Shown here one piece after another: positions 17,684 through 25,331 of a DNA stretch of 32,000 bases. The first letter of the stretch is position 1. Every line of letters starts with the position of its first letter. This stretch comes from a bacterium (GTDB taxonomy: Bacteria; UBP7; UBA6624; JBBIMK01), in the NCBI GenBank assembly GCA_037444445.1, contig JBBIMK010000005.1:60001-92000 (forward strand), read 5' to 3'. A program made the position numbers and the translations under genes. The notes under the pieces are model-generated. The model saw nothing but the letters and a program-made list of their open reading frames with translations. It made no database searches and was not told the origin of the DNA.

Positions 17684-19399
17684 ATGAAAGGATGGGTAAG
17701 GGTGGGGATGAGTGTGGGAATTTTGCCGATGTGTCTCGTGGCTGGCGCAAAATCTTTCGGGCAGGATGTGGCGCCCCTTAGAGCGACAAGTTTGATGGAA
17801 GAAGCCCTGAGTATGACGGAGAAAATAGAGAATCCCCGGGATAAAGCCTTTGCCCTTCGTCATATCGCCGGTCAAGCGGCAAAAATAGATAAAGCCCTCG
17901 CACTTTCCATATTTGAACGAGCGGCATCGGAGGCGGAGAAAATTGAAGATGCCAGCCAGAGAATCTCAGCTTACCAGGAAATCGTTCTGGACCTGTCGGA
18001 GATGGATATGGACCGGGCTATTGCAATAGTTCAGAAAATTTCAGATGAAACAATGCAGTCCTTTGTCATCCGCGACATCACTCAGCCCCTCACTGAAAGG
18101 GATGTGGAAGAAGCTATGGCGGTGGTGGAGAAGACTCCAGACCCCGGTCCCAAAATCTCTGCTTTGATTTCCATAGCCCAGAAACTGGCGAAGAAGGACC
18201 CGGCGCGTGCTCTAACCCTGGTAGAGAAAATCCGGGACCCCAATCCCAGGTCTATAGCGCTATATGAGATTGTTTCTGAACTTTCTCAAACCCACATTCG
18301 CCTTGCTCTCACGGTGGCGGATTCAATTCCTGACCCTTTTTTCAAAGCAAGTGCCCTCAAAATCATTTCTGCAGAGCAGGCGAAAACCGATGTGGAAGTT
18401 GCGAAGAAAATGGCTGAGGAGATTCCCGAGCCTTATGAAAAAGCAGATGCTTTGAGTCGCATCGGCATAGAGGTCGCAAGGACTGACACGAAGGGCGCCC
18501 TCACCTTTTTTCAGCTCGCCCTGCAAGAGGGGGAAAAAATTTCTGACCCTACCCGAAAGGTTCACCTTCTCCTACCCATAGCCAGAGAGATGGTGAATTG
18601 GGACTCGGCTCGTGCTCTGGACATATTTGACCGTGCCATTCAATCTGCAAAGAGAATCTATGATGAGGGAATGAAGGATAGAAACCTGCAGGAAATCGCT
18701 ATTGCCCTTGCGAGCATAGATTTTGACCGAGCTTTCAAAGTGGCGAATGAAATCTCCAATACCTGGATCCGGGCGGAGACCATTCGTATTCTCATCGTTG
18801 AAATAGCCAAAAAAGATGTCCCCGGCGCCCTGCAAAGGGTAGAAAGTATTGAGGATTCAGACTTTAGAGCCTCCGCCCTGTTGAGTCTCGCCACAGAAGT
18901 GGCAAAAAAGGATATGGGGCTCGCCCTGCAGATTGCAGAGAAAATCGGTTTACCCTTCTGGCTTGCCCGGGCTTATGGGAACATCTCCGTAGAAGTGGCG
19001 CGCTACAATCTTCCTGCGGCTCTGGGTATCGTGCAAAAAATCACCACCACTAACGACAGGGATAAAGCCTATCATCATATCGCTGAACTCCTGGCAAAAA
19101 CGGATATAGAACAGGCTATAAATTTAACGGAAAGAATTCAGGATAACGAGCGGAAGGGCGAAGCCTTGCATACCCTCGCCCTGGGACTGGCAGAAAGGGA
19201 TTTCCAGCGAGCCCTGGGGCTGGTGGAAAAGATGACACCCGACTCCGATGAGAAGCGAAAAGCCTTGCTGGACATCGCATCGGAATTAAGGGGGAAGGAC
19301 CTGAAGCAAAGGGAAAAGTTGCTGGAGCAAGCGGCAGAAATCGCCCGTCAGCGGCAGGATGCCATCGCCCTGGCTGAAGTGGCTGTGTTTTTCCTGTAG
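17684..19399 (+). CDS. exported alpha-helical repeat (alpha-solenoid-like) protein, about 15 tandem 32-residue units
   Basis: A signal-peptide-like N-terminus is present (GMSVGILPMCLVAGA). The recurring unit is roughly (E/Q)KIxDPxxKxxALxxIAxExAKxDxxxALxxx. Anchors fall at residues 46, 85, 117, 149, 181, 213, 245, 284, 323, 355, 387, 419, 451, 483 and 515, giving a period of 32 and occasionally 39. Confidence 0.8.
   Translation: MKGWVRVGMSVGILPMCLVAGAKSFGQDVAPLRATSLMEEALSMTEKIENPRDKAFALRHIAGQAAKIDKALALSIFERAASEAEKIEDASQRISAYQEIVLDLSEMDMDRAIAIVQKISDETMQSFVIRDITQPLTERDVEEAMAVVEKTPDPGPKISALISIAQKLAKKDPARALTLVEKIRDPNPRSIALYEIVSELSQTHIRLALTVADSIPDPFFKASALKIISAEQAKTDVEVAKKMAEEIPEPYEKADALSRIGIEVARTDTKGALTFFQLALQEGEKISDPTRKVHLLLPIAREMVNWDSARALDIFDRAIQSAKRIYDEGMKDRNLQEIAIALASIDFDRAFKVANEISNTWIRAETIRILIVEIAKKDVPGALQRVESIEDSDFRASALLSLATEVAKKDMGLALQIAEKIGLPFWLARAYGNISVEVARYNLPAALGIVQKITTTNDRDKAYHHIAELLAKTDIEQAINLTERIQDNERKGEALHTLALGLAERDFQRALGLVEKMTPDSDEKRKALLDIASELRGKDLKQREKLLEQAAEIARQRQDAIALAEVAVFFL
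17816..19333 (+). repeat. in-frame coding repeat array, about 96-nt period (32 aa)
   Basis: The periodicity was read from the translated protein. The repeats are degenerate at nucleotide level. Confidence 0.7.
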
Positions 19400-19414
19400 G
19401 GTCATTATCATTTT

Positions 19415-21391
19415 TTACAAATCCAGTCCCGCGCCCTTTTCGGAAGGCAATTGATTGCTACCTGGCTGGATCCAGAGGATATTATCCCGTGCGAAAGGTT
19501 TCGGGTAAGAATCTTCCCCGCCGCCGGTATCTAAAAAGATGCCAATCGTAGGCATAAAATCCCGAATTAGCCCTACCGGGCCACCCACGCTGGATTTACC
19601 GAGAGTTAAATCTGCGGACACACGGTAAATATCCTTCCCGCTTTTATCCCAGAATAAGCCCATACCGTTAGCATTACCGGCGCCGAGGCTGAGATTGGGG
19701 GCATCATAAACATCATCACCCGCCTCGTCTATCAGGAAACCCACGGTGAAATCGTGCCCGGCGCCTTGAGCCATATTATGGGTGGCGGAATAATGGTCGT
19801 TTCCTCCACCCTCCCAGAGGATGCCAACGCCGAAGTGGGCTCCTGCGCCCTGAACATACCAAACACCTTTATACTCATCATTCCCCGCTTTATCTGCGAG
19901 GATGCCCACGCCATACCAGTACGCCTGCCCCTGGCCGAAGACGCCGCAAGAGTAATGGTCATTTCCATCGCCATCCACGAGAATACCCACACCGCCTGCG
20001 AGGGAATGCCCATCCGTGAAATCTGCCCGCTTCCCCATTCCCATCCCTTGCACAAGACTGCTGTTGTGTTCCTTCGTCTGGGCAGCAGGAAATTTGATGT
20101 CCGAATCGTTGCCCGTGTAAATATCGTCTCCGGCTACATCCACCAGGAGCCCGCTACCGAGAACCCAACCATATCCCTGACCCTGCTGGTAGAGGGCATA
20201 CGAGTCATTTCCCTGCAGGTCCGATAGGACGCCCACACCGAAGAACCCTGCCCCCTGCCCGCCCGCAAAAGCATCGTAGGAATCATCACCGGCTCTATCC
20301 ATCAGGATGCCCGCGCCAAAGAATCCAGCGCCCTGCGTCAAAGACTTGCTCCTGTAAGTATCATTCCCCTGAAGGTCAACCAGATAAGCCCAGCCGAGAA
20401 TGCCGGCGCCGAAGGAAGGAACCTTCGCATCCTCCGAGATATAGGTGTCATTCCCCTGAAGGTCAATCAGGATAGAGATGGGGTTGGCGGGGGAAGAGGA
20501 TGCGCCCGTGGTGTAGGTGTCATTTCCACCCACATCCACAAGGATGAACGGGTTCTTTTCCGAATAGGAATCATCTCCTGCCCCCCGGATGGAAATGGCG
20601 CCCACAGGGGTGGAAGCATGGAAAGAAAATTTCTTATCCGTGTGGAATGAAGAAAGAGATTTCACCACTTCATCCAGGGTGAGAGCGAGGTCAATACCGC
20701 CGGTATTCAGATACAGAAAATCCACCTGGTCGGCGAAAGATTCTACTCGCCGAATGACCTCCTCCTGCACCTGTTCCGAATCAATCCCCACCACATAGGA
20801 AATCGCATCGCCAAAAACTTTCTCCACATCCTTCACTGCGACTTTCTGAAAAGCCAGGTCCCTCCAGGAGAGAACCTCAGCAGAGGTCACAACGAGCAAT
20901 GCCACCTCCTTCGCTACTTCGGGTGGCACCTCCGAAGCGGTTTTTTGAAGCCGCTGGTATTCATTTTTCGGTAATTTTTTTCCGTTTTTCTCATAGAGGA
21001 ATTGAATGGCGTTGGGGAGGACGTCCGTTTCTTTCAGTTTTTTCCGGTAGCCTTCCACAGGGTTGAAAATCAGGCTACGGCGGACAGAAGTTTTCACTTT
21101 TGCCGCCGTGCGCATCAACAGATTCCCTATAGATTCCGAGTTCTTCAGGGTGTCCTCCGCAAAATAAGGCACATAATTTGGAATTTTCAGGGGGCTATCT
21201 ATGAAGACATCAAAGAAATGAAGACGATACTTATCCCCGCCGAAAAAATTCATATCCAGCCGGTCAAACTTCAGCGTCTCTTTCGTGTATCCGATGATGG
21301 GTAAAACCTTCTCCCACGGGTCTTCTTCAGCCACTCCCGAAATCAGCATCATTGCGAGGAGAATACCTGAGAAATTCAGATATTTTTTCAT
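19415..21391 (-). CDS. exported protein with an N-terminal unknown domain and a C-terminal 13-fold G(N/D)DxY repeat (beta-solenoid-like)
   Basis: I chose the ATG at 21391 (MKKYLNFSGILLAMMLISGVA, signal-peptide-like), which is preceded by GGAGGG. The repeat motifs are GDDSY, GNDTY x3, GDDSY, GNDSY, GDDIY, GNDHY, GNDEY, GNDHY, GDDVY, GKDIY and GEDSY. They are spaced about 26-27 residues apart and embedded in QGxGxxGxGxLxDxxG(N/D)DxY. Confidence 0.8.
   Translation of the reverse strand: MKKYLNFSGILLAMMLISGVAEEDPWEKVLPIIGYTKETLKFDRLDMNFFGGDKYRLHFFDVFIDSPLKIPNYVPYFAEDTLKNSESIGNLLMRTAAKVKTSVRRSLIFNPVEGYRKKLKETDVLPNAIQFLYEKNGKKLPKNEYQRLQKTASEVPPEVAKEVALLVVTSAEVLSWRDLAFQKVAVKDVEKVFGDAISYVVGIDSEQVQEEVIRRVESFADQVDFLYLNTGGIDLALTLDEVVKSLSSFHTDKKFSFHASTPVGAISIRGAGDDSYSEKNPFILVDVGGNDTYTTGASSSPANPISILIDLQGNDTYISEDAKVPSFGAGILGWAYLVDLQGNDTYRSKSLTQGAGFFGAGILMDRAGDDSYDAFAGGQGAGFFGVGVLSDLQGNDSYALYQQGQGYGWVLGSGLLVDVAGDDIYTGNDSDIKFPAAQTKEHNSSLVQGMGMGKRADFTDGHSLAGGVGILVDGDGNDHYSCGVFGQGQAYWYGVGILADKAGNDEYKGVWYVQGAGAHFGVGILWEGGGNDHYSATHNMAQGAGHDFTVGFLIDEAGDDVYDAPNLSLGAGNANGMGLFWDKSGKDIYRVSADLTLGKSSVGGPVGLIRDFMPTIGIFLDTGGGEDSYPKPFARDNILWIQPGSNQLPSEKGAGLDL
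19505..20599 (-). repeat. in-frame coding repeat array, about 80-nt period (26-27 aa), glycine-rich
   Basis: The motif tyrosines fall at residues 304, 321, 345, 374, 400, 426, 453, 508, 535, 562, 590, 617 and 657 of the 686-aa ORF-track translation. Confidence 0.7.
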
Positions 21392-21413
21392 CTTTTCCGC
21401 CCTCCTTCTCCCA

Positions 21414-21422
21414 ATCATATCA
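21414..21422 (-). promoter_or_regulatory. extended -10 promoter element TGATATGAT
   Basis: On the minus strand a TGn-TATGAT element lies about 22 nt upstream of the ATG at 21391, followed by GAAGGAGGG as RBS. Confidence 0.35.
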
Positions 21423-21554
21423 CAAGCGGGAAGAAAAATTTTTATCCCATTTCTCTGGCAGGAACAGGGTGTCAACGAGCCCTGGACTCAAAAGGGAGGG
21501 AAGTGCGGAGTCAAGGCTGTCTGTGGGGGGAATCCATTTGAATTTGTGACAGGA

Positions 21555-21600
21555 ATAAAAAGGGGCGGCCGCCGACACGGTCAAGCCGCCCCACTTTTTA
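21555..21600 (-). terminator. intrinsic terminator (hairpin flanked by T tracts on both strands) after the EF-hand gene
   Basis: GGGGCGGC (21562-21569) pairs with GCCGCCCC (21585-21592) across a 15-nt loop. The minus-strand reading is followed by CTTTTTATT and the plus-strand reading by ACTTTTTAA. Confidence 0.7.
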
Positions 21601-21622
21601 AGTCAAAAAGGACTAACGAGTT

Positions 21623-22309
21623 TTACGGTAGTTCCGGGGGGCTTATGCTTTCCTCAGGCTGGGATTCTTTCGGAATTCCGGGTTCTCCAGTTCCGGGACC
21701 TCTCTTCCAATCATCCCGGTTCAGGACGCTGTCGCCATTCCGGTCCAGACGCTCAAAAAGGGTGTTTATACCCGTCTGAAATTCCTCCTTGCTCAAAGCC
21801 CCATCCTTGTTTGTATCCAACCGCGCCATGCGGGAGAAAACAGGAGGAAGGTTGTCTTGCCGCTTTTTCATTCCAGCGATGAATTCTTCTCCGGTAATGG
21901 CGCCATCGTGGTTTGCATCCAGCCTCTGGAATAACTCCTCGCGTCCGGGAAACTCATCCCTGACAATTTTTCCATCGCCATTGGCATCCAGTTTCTTCAG
22001 GTGCTCCAGGATTTTATCCTGCACTTCACCCAGGAAAGCGTTTCGTGCCTTCTGCGCCTCTTCCCTGGTGATGACACCATTTCCGTCAGAGTCCACCTTC
22101 TGGAAAAGGGTCATCCAGCCCGAAGTGAACTCCTCCCGGGAGATGGAACCATCTTTATTGGCATCAAATTTTTGCCACGCCATTCTCCCCGTATGCTTTA
22201 CCGCTTCCTTTTTGAAATGTTCCCTTTTCACCGACCTTCCTTCCGGCTTACCCGCGAGCAGGAAGGGAACCACCAGCACCGCCGTAACTATCAGAATTAT
22301 TTTTTTCAT
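21623..22309 (-). CDS. exported six-EF-hand calcium-binding protein
   Basis: I chose the ATG at 22309 (MKKIILIVTAVLVVPFLLAG), preceded by GGAGGTG. There are six canonical 12-residue loops: DANKDGSISREE, DSDGNGVITREE, DANGDGKIVRDE, DANHDGAITGEE, DTNKDGALSKEE and DRNGDSVLNRDD. Confidence 0.85.
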   Translation of the reverse strand: MKKIILIVTAVLVVPFLLAGKPEGRSVKREHFKKEAVKHTGRMAWQKFDANKDGSISREEFTSGWMTLFQKVDSDGNGVITREEAQKARNAFLGEVQDKILEHLKKLDANGDGKIVRDEFPGREELFQRLDANHDGAITGEEFIAGMKKRQDNLPPVFSRMARLDTNKDGALSKEEFQTGINTLFERLDRNGDSVLNRDDWKRGPGTGEPGIPKESQPEESISPPELP

Positions 22310-22544
22310 TCTTCCATTCACCTCCACTTTCCTATAAACAAGGAAAGGTTCTAAAAGTTTCATCCTGTTTTCAGAGAGGGATGAGTGGGGAATGTCAGAA
22401 GAAAATCTACCGGGAAATCATGCGGGAGGGCTGTGACATCGGGAAATGTTTCTTTTCCTTAAGGGGAGCCCCCACCGATTTTTCAACAGGAACGATGATT
22501 TGTATCACCTGGTCAGGATCTATTGACTCAAAAAGTGTAGACTT

Positions 22545-22574
22545 TTGACAAAGAGAAGGAGAATAAGATATAAT
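22545..22574 (+). promoter_or_regulatory. sigma70-like promoter upstream of tRNA-Pro
   Basis: TTGACA (22545-22550), an 18-nt spacer, then TATAAT (22569-22574). The tRNA 5' end is at 22590. Confidence 0.6.
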
Positions 22575-22589
22575 ATACACTCGCAAGAG

Positions 22590-22665
22590 CGGGATGTGGC
22601 TCAGCCTGGCTTAGAGCGCCTGGTTCGGGACCAGGAGGTCGCGGGTTCAAGTCCCGCCGTCCCGA
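22590..22665 (+). tRNA. tRNA-Pro (anticodon CGG)
   Basis: I folded the cloverleaf by hand. The acceptor stem is CGGGATG/CGTCCCG, the D stem GCTC/GAGC, and the anticodon stem CCTGG/CCAGG with loop TTCGGGA. The T arm is GCGGG-TTCAAGT-CCCGC and the discriminator is A. No CCA is encoded. Confidence 0.9.
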
Positions 22666-22690
22666 TGGAATTTTTGGAAGGGAGAGAAAG

Positions 22691-23554
22691 ATGAAAAGGT
22701 GGATTTTTACAGGTATAATTTTGTTGACCGGGATTCCCTTATTTTCCCAGGAACCGGAGGAGTTGCTCCGCTCCTCTATTCGGATAAAACTGCCCACAGA
22801 AACCCCTGAACTTCCTGAAATTCAGGTGAATCGGCGTCTATTTCAGAAAGAAATGATTCTAAAGCAATTTTTAGGCGAGGTCCCCCCGAAAATAGAAGAA
22901 GGAAGTATTGAGGTCTACACGGGGAAAAATGGGCAAGAGGTGGATTTCTACCCCACCCAGGTTTTTTCCTTTTTACAGCCAATTCAACCTGAAGAAGAGA
23001 AAAAAACGATGAACGAGGCAGAAGCCCGAAAGGCGGTGAATGATTTCCTGGAGAGATTTGGGGGCTTGCCGGCAGAGGCTTATCTGTTAGAGAGTAAAGC
23101 CCTGCGGGGTGAAGGTGGAGCAGGGAATCTCTATTATTACATTTACGCTCACAACTATCATAATGTGGCTGTGGAAACAGATGTGATACGCCTTACAGCA
23201 GGGGCAGGCCGTGTGGTGGAATTCGTCTTCGGATGGAGCACACCCGTGAAAGAATTTCCTTCAGTAAAAATCATTCCTGCTGAGGTGGGGCTGAAGAATG
23301 CCCTGAAATACCTGTATGTGGATATTCTGAAAAATAAATACTATGCCACGGCAGAAGTGACGGATGTGAAGTTATACTACTACAATAAGAGCCAGAAAGA
23401 GATAGAGCGGCTGGTGCCGGTGTGGCGGTTTACGATGGTGCTGACGGGTCAGTCACTTCTCCAGCCGGGTCAAACGCAATTCAGGGAGCCAGAAGCCATC
23501 GGCTATTCCATTCAGGTGCGAATCAACGCCATCACGGGGGACCCGATCCGATGA
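22691..23554 (+). CDS. secreted hypothetical protein
   Basis: A signal-peptide-like N-terminus is present (MKRWIFTGIILLTGIPLFSQE), with a GGAAGGGAG RBS upstream. I recognise no catalytic motif. Two segments (EAEARKAVNDFLERFGG..., PAEVGLKNALKYLY...) are loosely reminiscent of PepSY/YycI-like modules. Confidence 0.65.
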   Translation: MKRWIFTGIILLTGIPLFSQEPEELLRSSIRIKLPTETPELPEIQVNRRLFQKEMILKQFLGEVPPKIEEGSIEVYTGKNGQEVDFYPTQVFSFLQPIQPEEEKKTMNEAEARKAVNDFLERFGGLPAEAYLLESKALRGEGGAGNLYYYIYAHNYHNVAVETDVIRLTAGAGRVVEFVFGWSTPVKEFPSVKIIPAEVGLKNALKYLYVDILKNKYYATAEVTDVKLYYYNKSQKEIERLVPVWRFTMVLTGQSLLQPGQTQFREPEAIGYSIQVRINAITGDPIR

Positions 23555-23636
23555 ATTCCACTGTAGTGAGGATGTTTAAGAGGAACCTGAGGGGAAGGGT
23601 TTCCATCCAGGGGTATTCAAAGGGAGCATCAGCGGG

Positions 23637-24569
23637 ATGAAGCGATATTCTCCACGGCCCACCCTCACGCTGATGGTTATGACAGAAAAGAGAGAGCCTC
23701 GTTTTTTCCGCCTCTCTTCCATAGTGGTTCGGTGGAGTCTGCTGGCGAGTGGAGTGCTACTGCTGGGGCTAACCCTCTGGATAGCCCGATACTTTTATCT
23801 GGAGAGTGAGGTTCGTAAACTCGCCGGTGTGAAGCAGATGCAGGAGCAGTTTGACACACTGAAGCAGGACCTGTTGGATGAAATGAAGAAATTCCATGCC
23901 CTTCAGGAGAAGGTTAGAAAACTGGAGGACCGGTTGAAGAGCAAGTCCTACGCACCACCACGAGAAGACACAGAAATGCAGGCTTTTCCGGTCCTTGAAG
24001 AGTCTACATTCTCACCTGATGGAATGGAGGATGCTCTGCAGGCATACAAACTTCTAACCTCACGCCGTGAAAAACTGGAAAGTCAATATGTTGCTCTGAA
24101 CGAAGAAGTATCTCGGCGTCTCTCCCTTCTGGAATATATGCCCTCCATTCCTCCCACCTCTACCCTGTCCATTTCCTCCGGCTTCGGGTATAGGCGGAAT
24201 CCCCTGAGTGGCAGGAAGGATTTCCATCCGGGGCTGGACATTCGGGGGGACCCTTCGGATGTGGTTCGTGCTACTGCTTCGGGCACTGTGATTTTTGCGG
24301 GCTGGAAGGGGGGATATGGACGAACCGTAATCATTGACCATGGAAATGGATTTGTTACCTGGTTTGCCCATAACTACAGTTTGACGGTTCGGAGCGGGGA
24401 ACGAGTCAAAAAGGGGCAGGTAATTGCTCGCATCGGCAGCTCTGGCTACACGACAGGACCCCACCTGCACTACGAGGTTCATTACCGGGATAAAATCATA
24501 GACCCTCGCATTGTTCTAAATGTAAATGTGTTTACAGTAGAATCAATCCTGAGCAGGGTCCGGAGGTGA
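23637..24569 (+). CDS. LytM/M23-family metalloendopeptidase with N-terminal TM helix and coiled coil
   Basis: The TM helix is WSLLASGVLLLGLTLWI. A coiled-coil stretch follows (QFDTLKQDLLDEMKKFHALQEKVRKLEDRL). The catalytic motifs HPGLD (HxxxD) and GPHLHYEVH (HxH) are intact. Confidence 0.9.
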   Translation: MKRYSPRPTLTLMVMTEKREPRFFRLSSIVVRWSLLASGVLLLGLTLWIARYFYLESEVRKLAGVKQMQEQFDTLKQDLLDEMKKFHALQEKVRKLEDRLKSKSYAPPREDTEMQAFPVLEESTFSPDGMEDALQAYKLLTSRREKLESQYVALNEEVSRRLSLLEYMPSIPPTSTLSISSGFGYRRNPLSGRKDFHPGLDIRGDPSDVVRATASGTVIFAGWKGGYGRTVIIDHGNGFVTWFAHNYSLTVRSGERVKKGQVIARIGSSGYTTGPHLHYEVHYRDKIIDPRIVLNVNVFTVESILSRVRR

Positions 24570-24576
24570 GGAAAAG

Positions 24577-24969
24577 GTGTTTGGAAAGCGAGAGGCAAAA
24601 GAGGATAAAATCACGACCATCCTGGGGGGGAATAGTTCCTTTGAGGGGACGCTGAGCGACCTTCATTCCTTGCGAGTGGATGGCCGTTTCAACGGTGACA
24701 TTTCCACGGAAGGAGAAATCTTTGTAGGAAAAATGGGATATGTCAAAGGGAACCTCACGGGGAAAAGCGTGTATGTGTATGGACGGGTTCATGGGAATTT
24801 GCAAGCCAAGGAGCGTATAGAAATTATAGAAGGCGGAGTGGTGGAAGGAGATTTACATACAAAACGCCTGGTTATTTATGAGGGCGCCGTGTTTAAGGGA
24901 CACAGTTATATGGAGGAGATGGTGGTTCAACCGATGGCCGAGGGTGCGCGGAGTGCGATGGTTTCTTGA
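24577..24969 (+). CDS. bactofilin (polymer-forming cytoskeletal protein)
   Basis: SSFEGTLSDLHSLRVDGRFNGDISTEGEIFVGKMGYVKGNLTGKSVYVYGRVHGNLQAKERIEIIEGGVVEGDLHTKRLVIYEGAVFKG is the typical bactofilin beta-helical repeat pattern. The GTG start lies 10 nt after GGAGG. Confidence 0.9.
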   Translation: MFGKREAKEDKITTILGGNSSFEGTLSDLHSLRVDGRFNGDISTEGEIFVGKMGYVKGNLTGKSVYVYGRVHGNLQAKERIEIIEGGVVEGDLHTKRLVIYEGAVFKGHSYMEEMVVQPMAEGARSAMVS

Positions 24970-25331
24970 ACCTCCTCCGAGCATGGGTAGTGGTTCTGGG
25001 TGGAACCTTTCTGACATGGCGCTGGTTAAAAGAGGGAATGCATGGGCAACAGGAAACAGCGTGGATGATTGGGTGGGCAATCGGGATAGGTATTCTCGCT
25101 GGTGTGGGGCTTTTGTGGTATTGCAAAACGGCATCCAGGGCGCTTTTCCGTAAACTATTTCTTTTTCTTCTCGGATTTACCATACTATGGGTGATTTTTC
25201 TGGCTACGGGCGCACCCTCTTCCCCCGCCCATAACTTCCTGTTTGAAGTGCTGGAAATGGTCTGGGTGGCCGTGATAGTCCTGCCCATTCTCTGGCAGAG
25301 GAGGGAAAATGGAAATCCTACTGGCACCTGA
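24966..25331 (+). CDS. small polytopic membrane protein (3-4 TM), function unknown
   Basis: Hydrophobic helices include AWMIGWAIGIGILAGVGLLWY, LFLFLLGFTILWVIFLATGA and FEVLEMVWVAVIVLPILW. The start is uncertain. The TTG at 24966 overlaps the bactofilin stop, and an in-frame ATG at 25038 is the alternative. Confidence 0.5.
   Translation: MNLLRAWVVVLGGTFLTWRWLKEGMHGQQETAWMIGWAIGIGILAGVGLLWYCKTASRALFRKLFLFLLGFTILWVIFLATGAPSSPAHNFLFEVLEMVWVAVIVLPILWQRRENGNPTGT

Noticed and set aside
19505-20599. Periodic repeats that might suggest a CRISPR array or satellite (also at 17816-19333)
   Set aside because: The periodicity is in-frame and conserved at the amino-acid level, not the nucleotide level. 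There are no identical direct repeats with unique spacers. These are protein-coding repeats.
21285-22337. Plus-strand ORFs 21285-21779 and 21789-22337 (164 and 182 aa)
   Set aside because: They are antisense to the beta-repeat gene start, the terminator region and the EF-hand gene. The EF-hand frame, with six canonical loops, is unambiguous.
22590-23554. tRNA-Pro as a possible genomic-island integration site
   Set aside because: No integrase or recombinase gene follows the tRNA. By eye I did not find a duplicated copy of the tRNA 3' end downstream. The downstream genes are translationally coupled like native operon genes.
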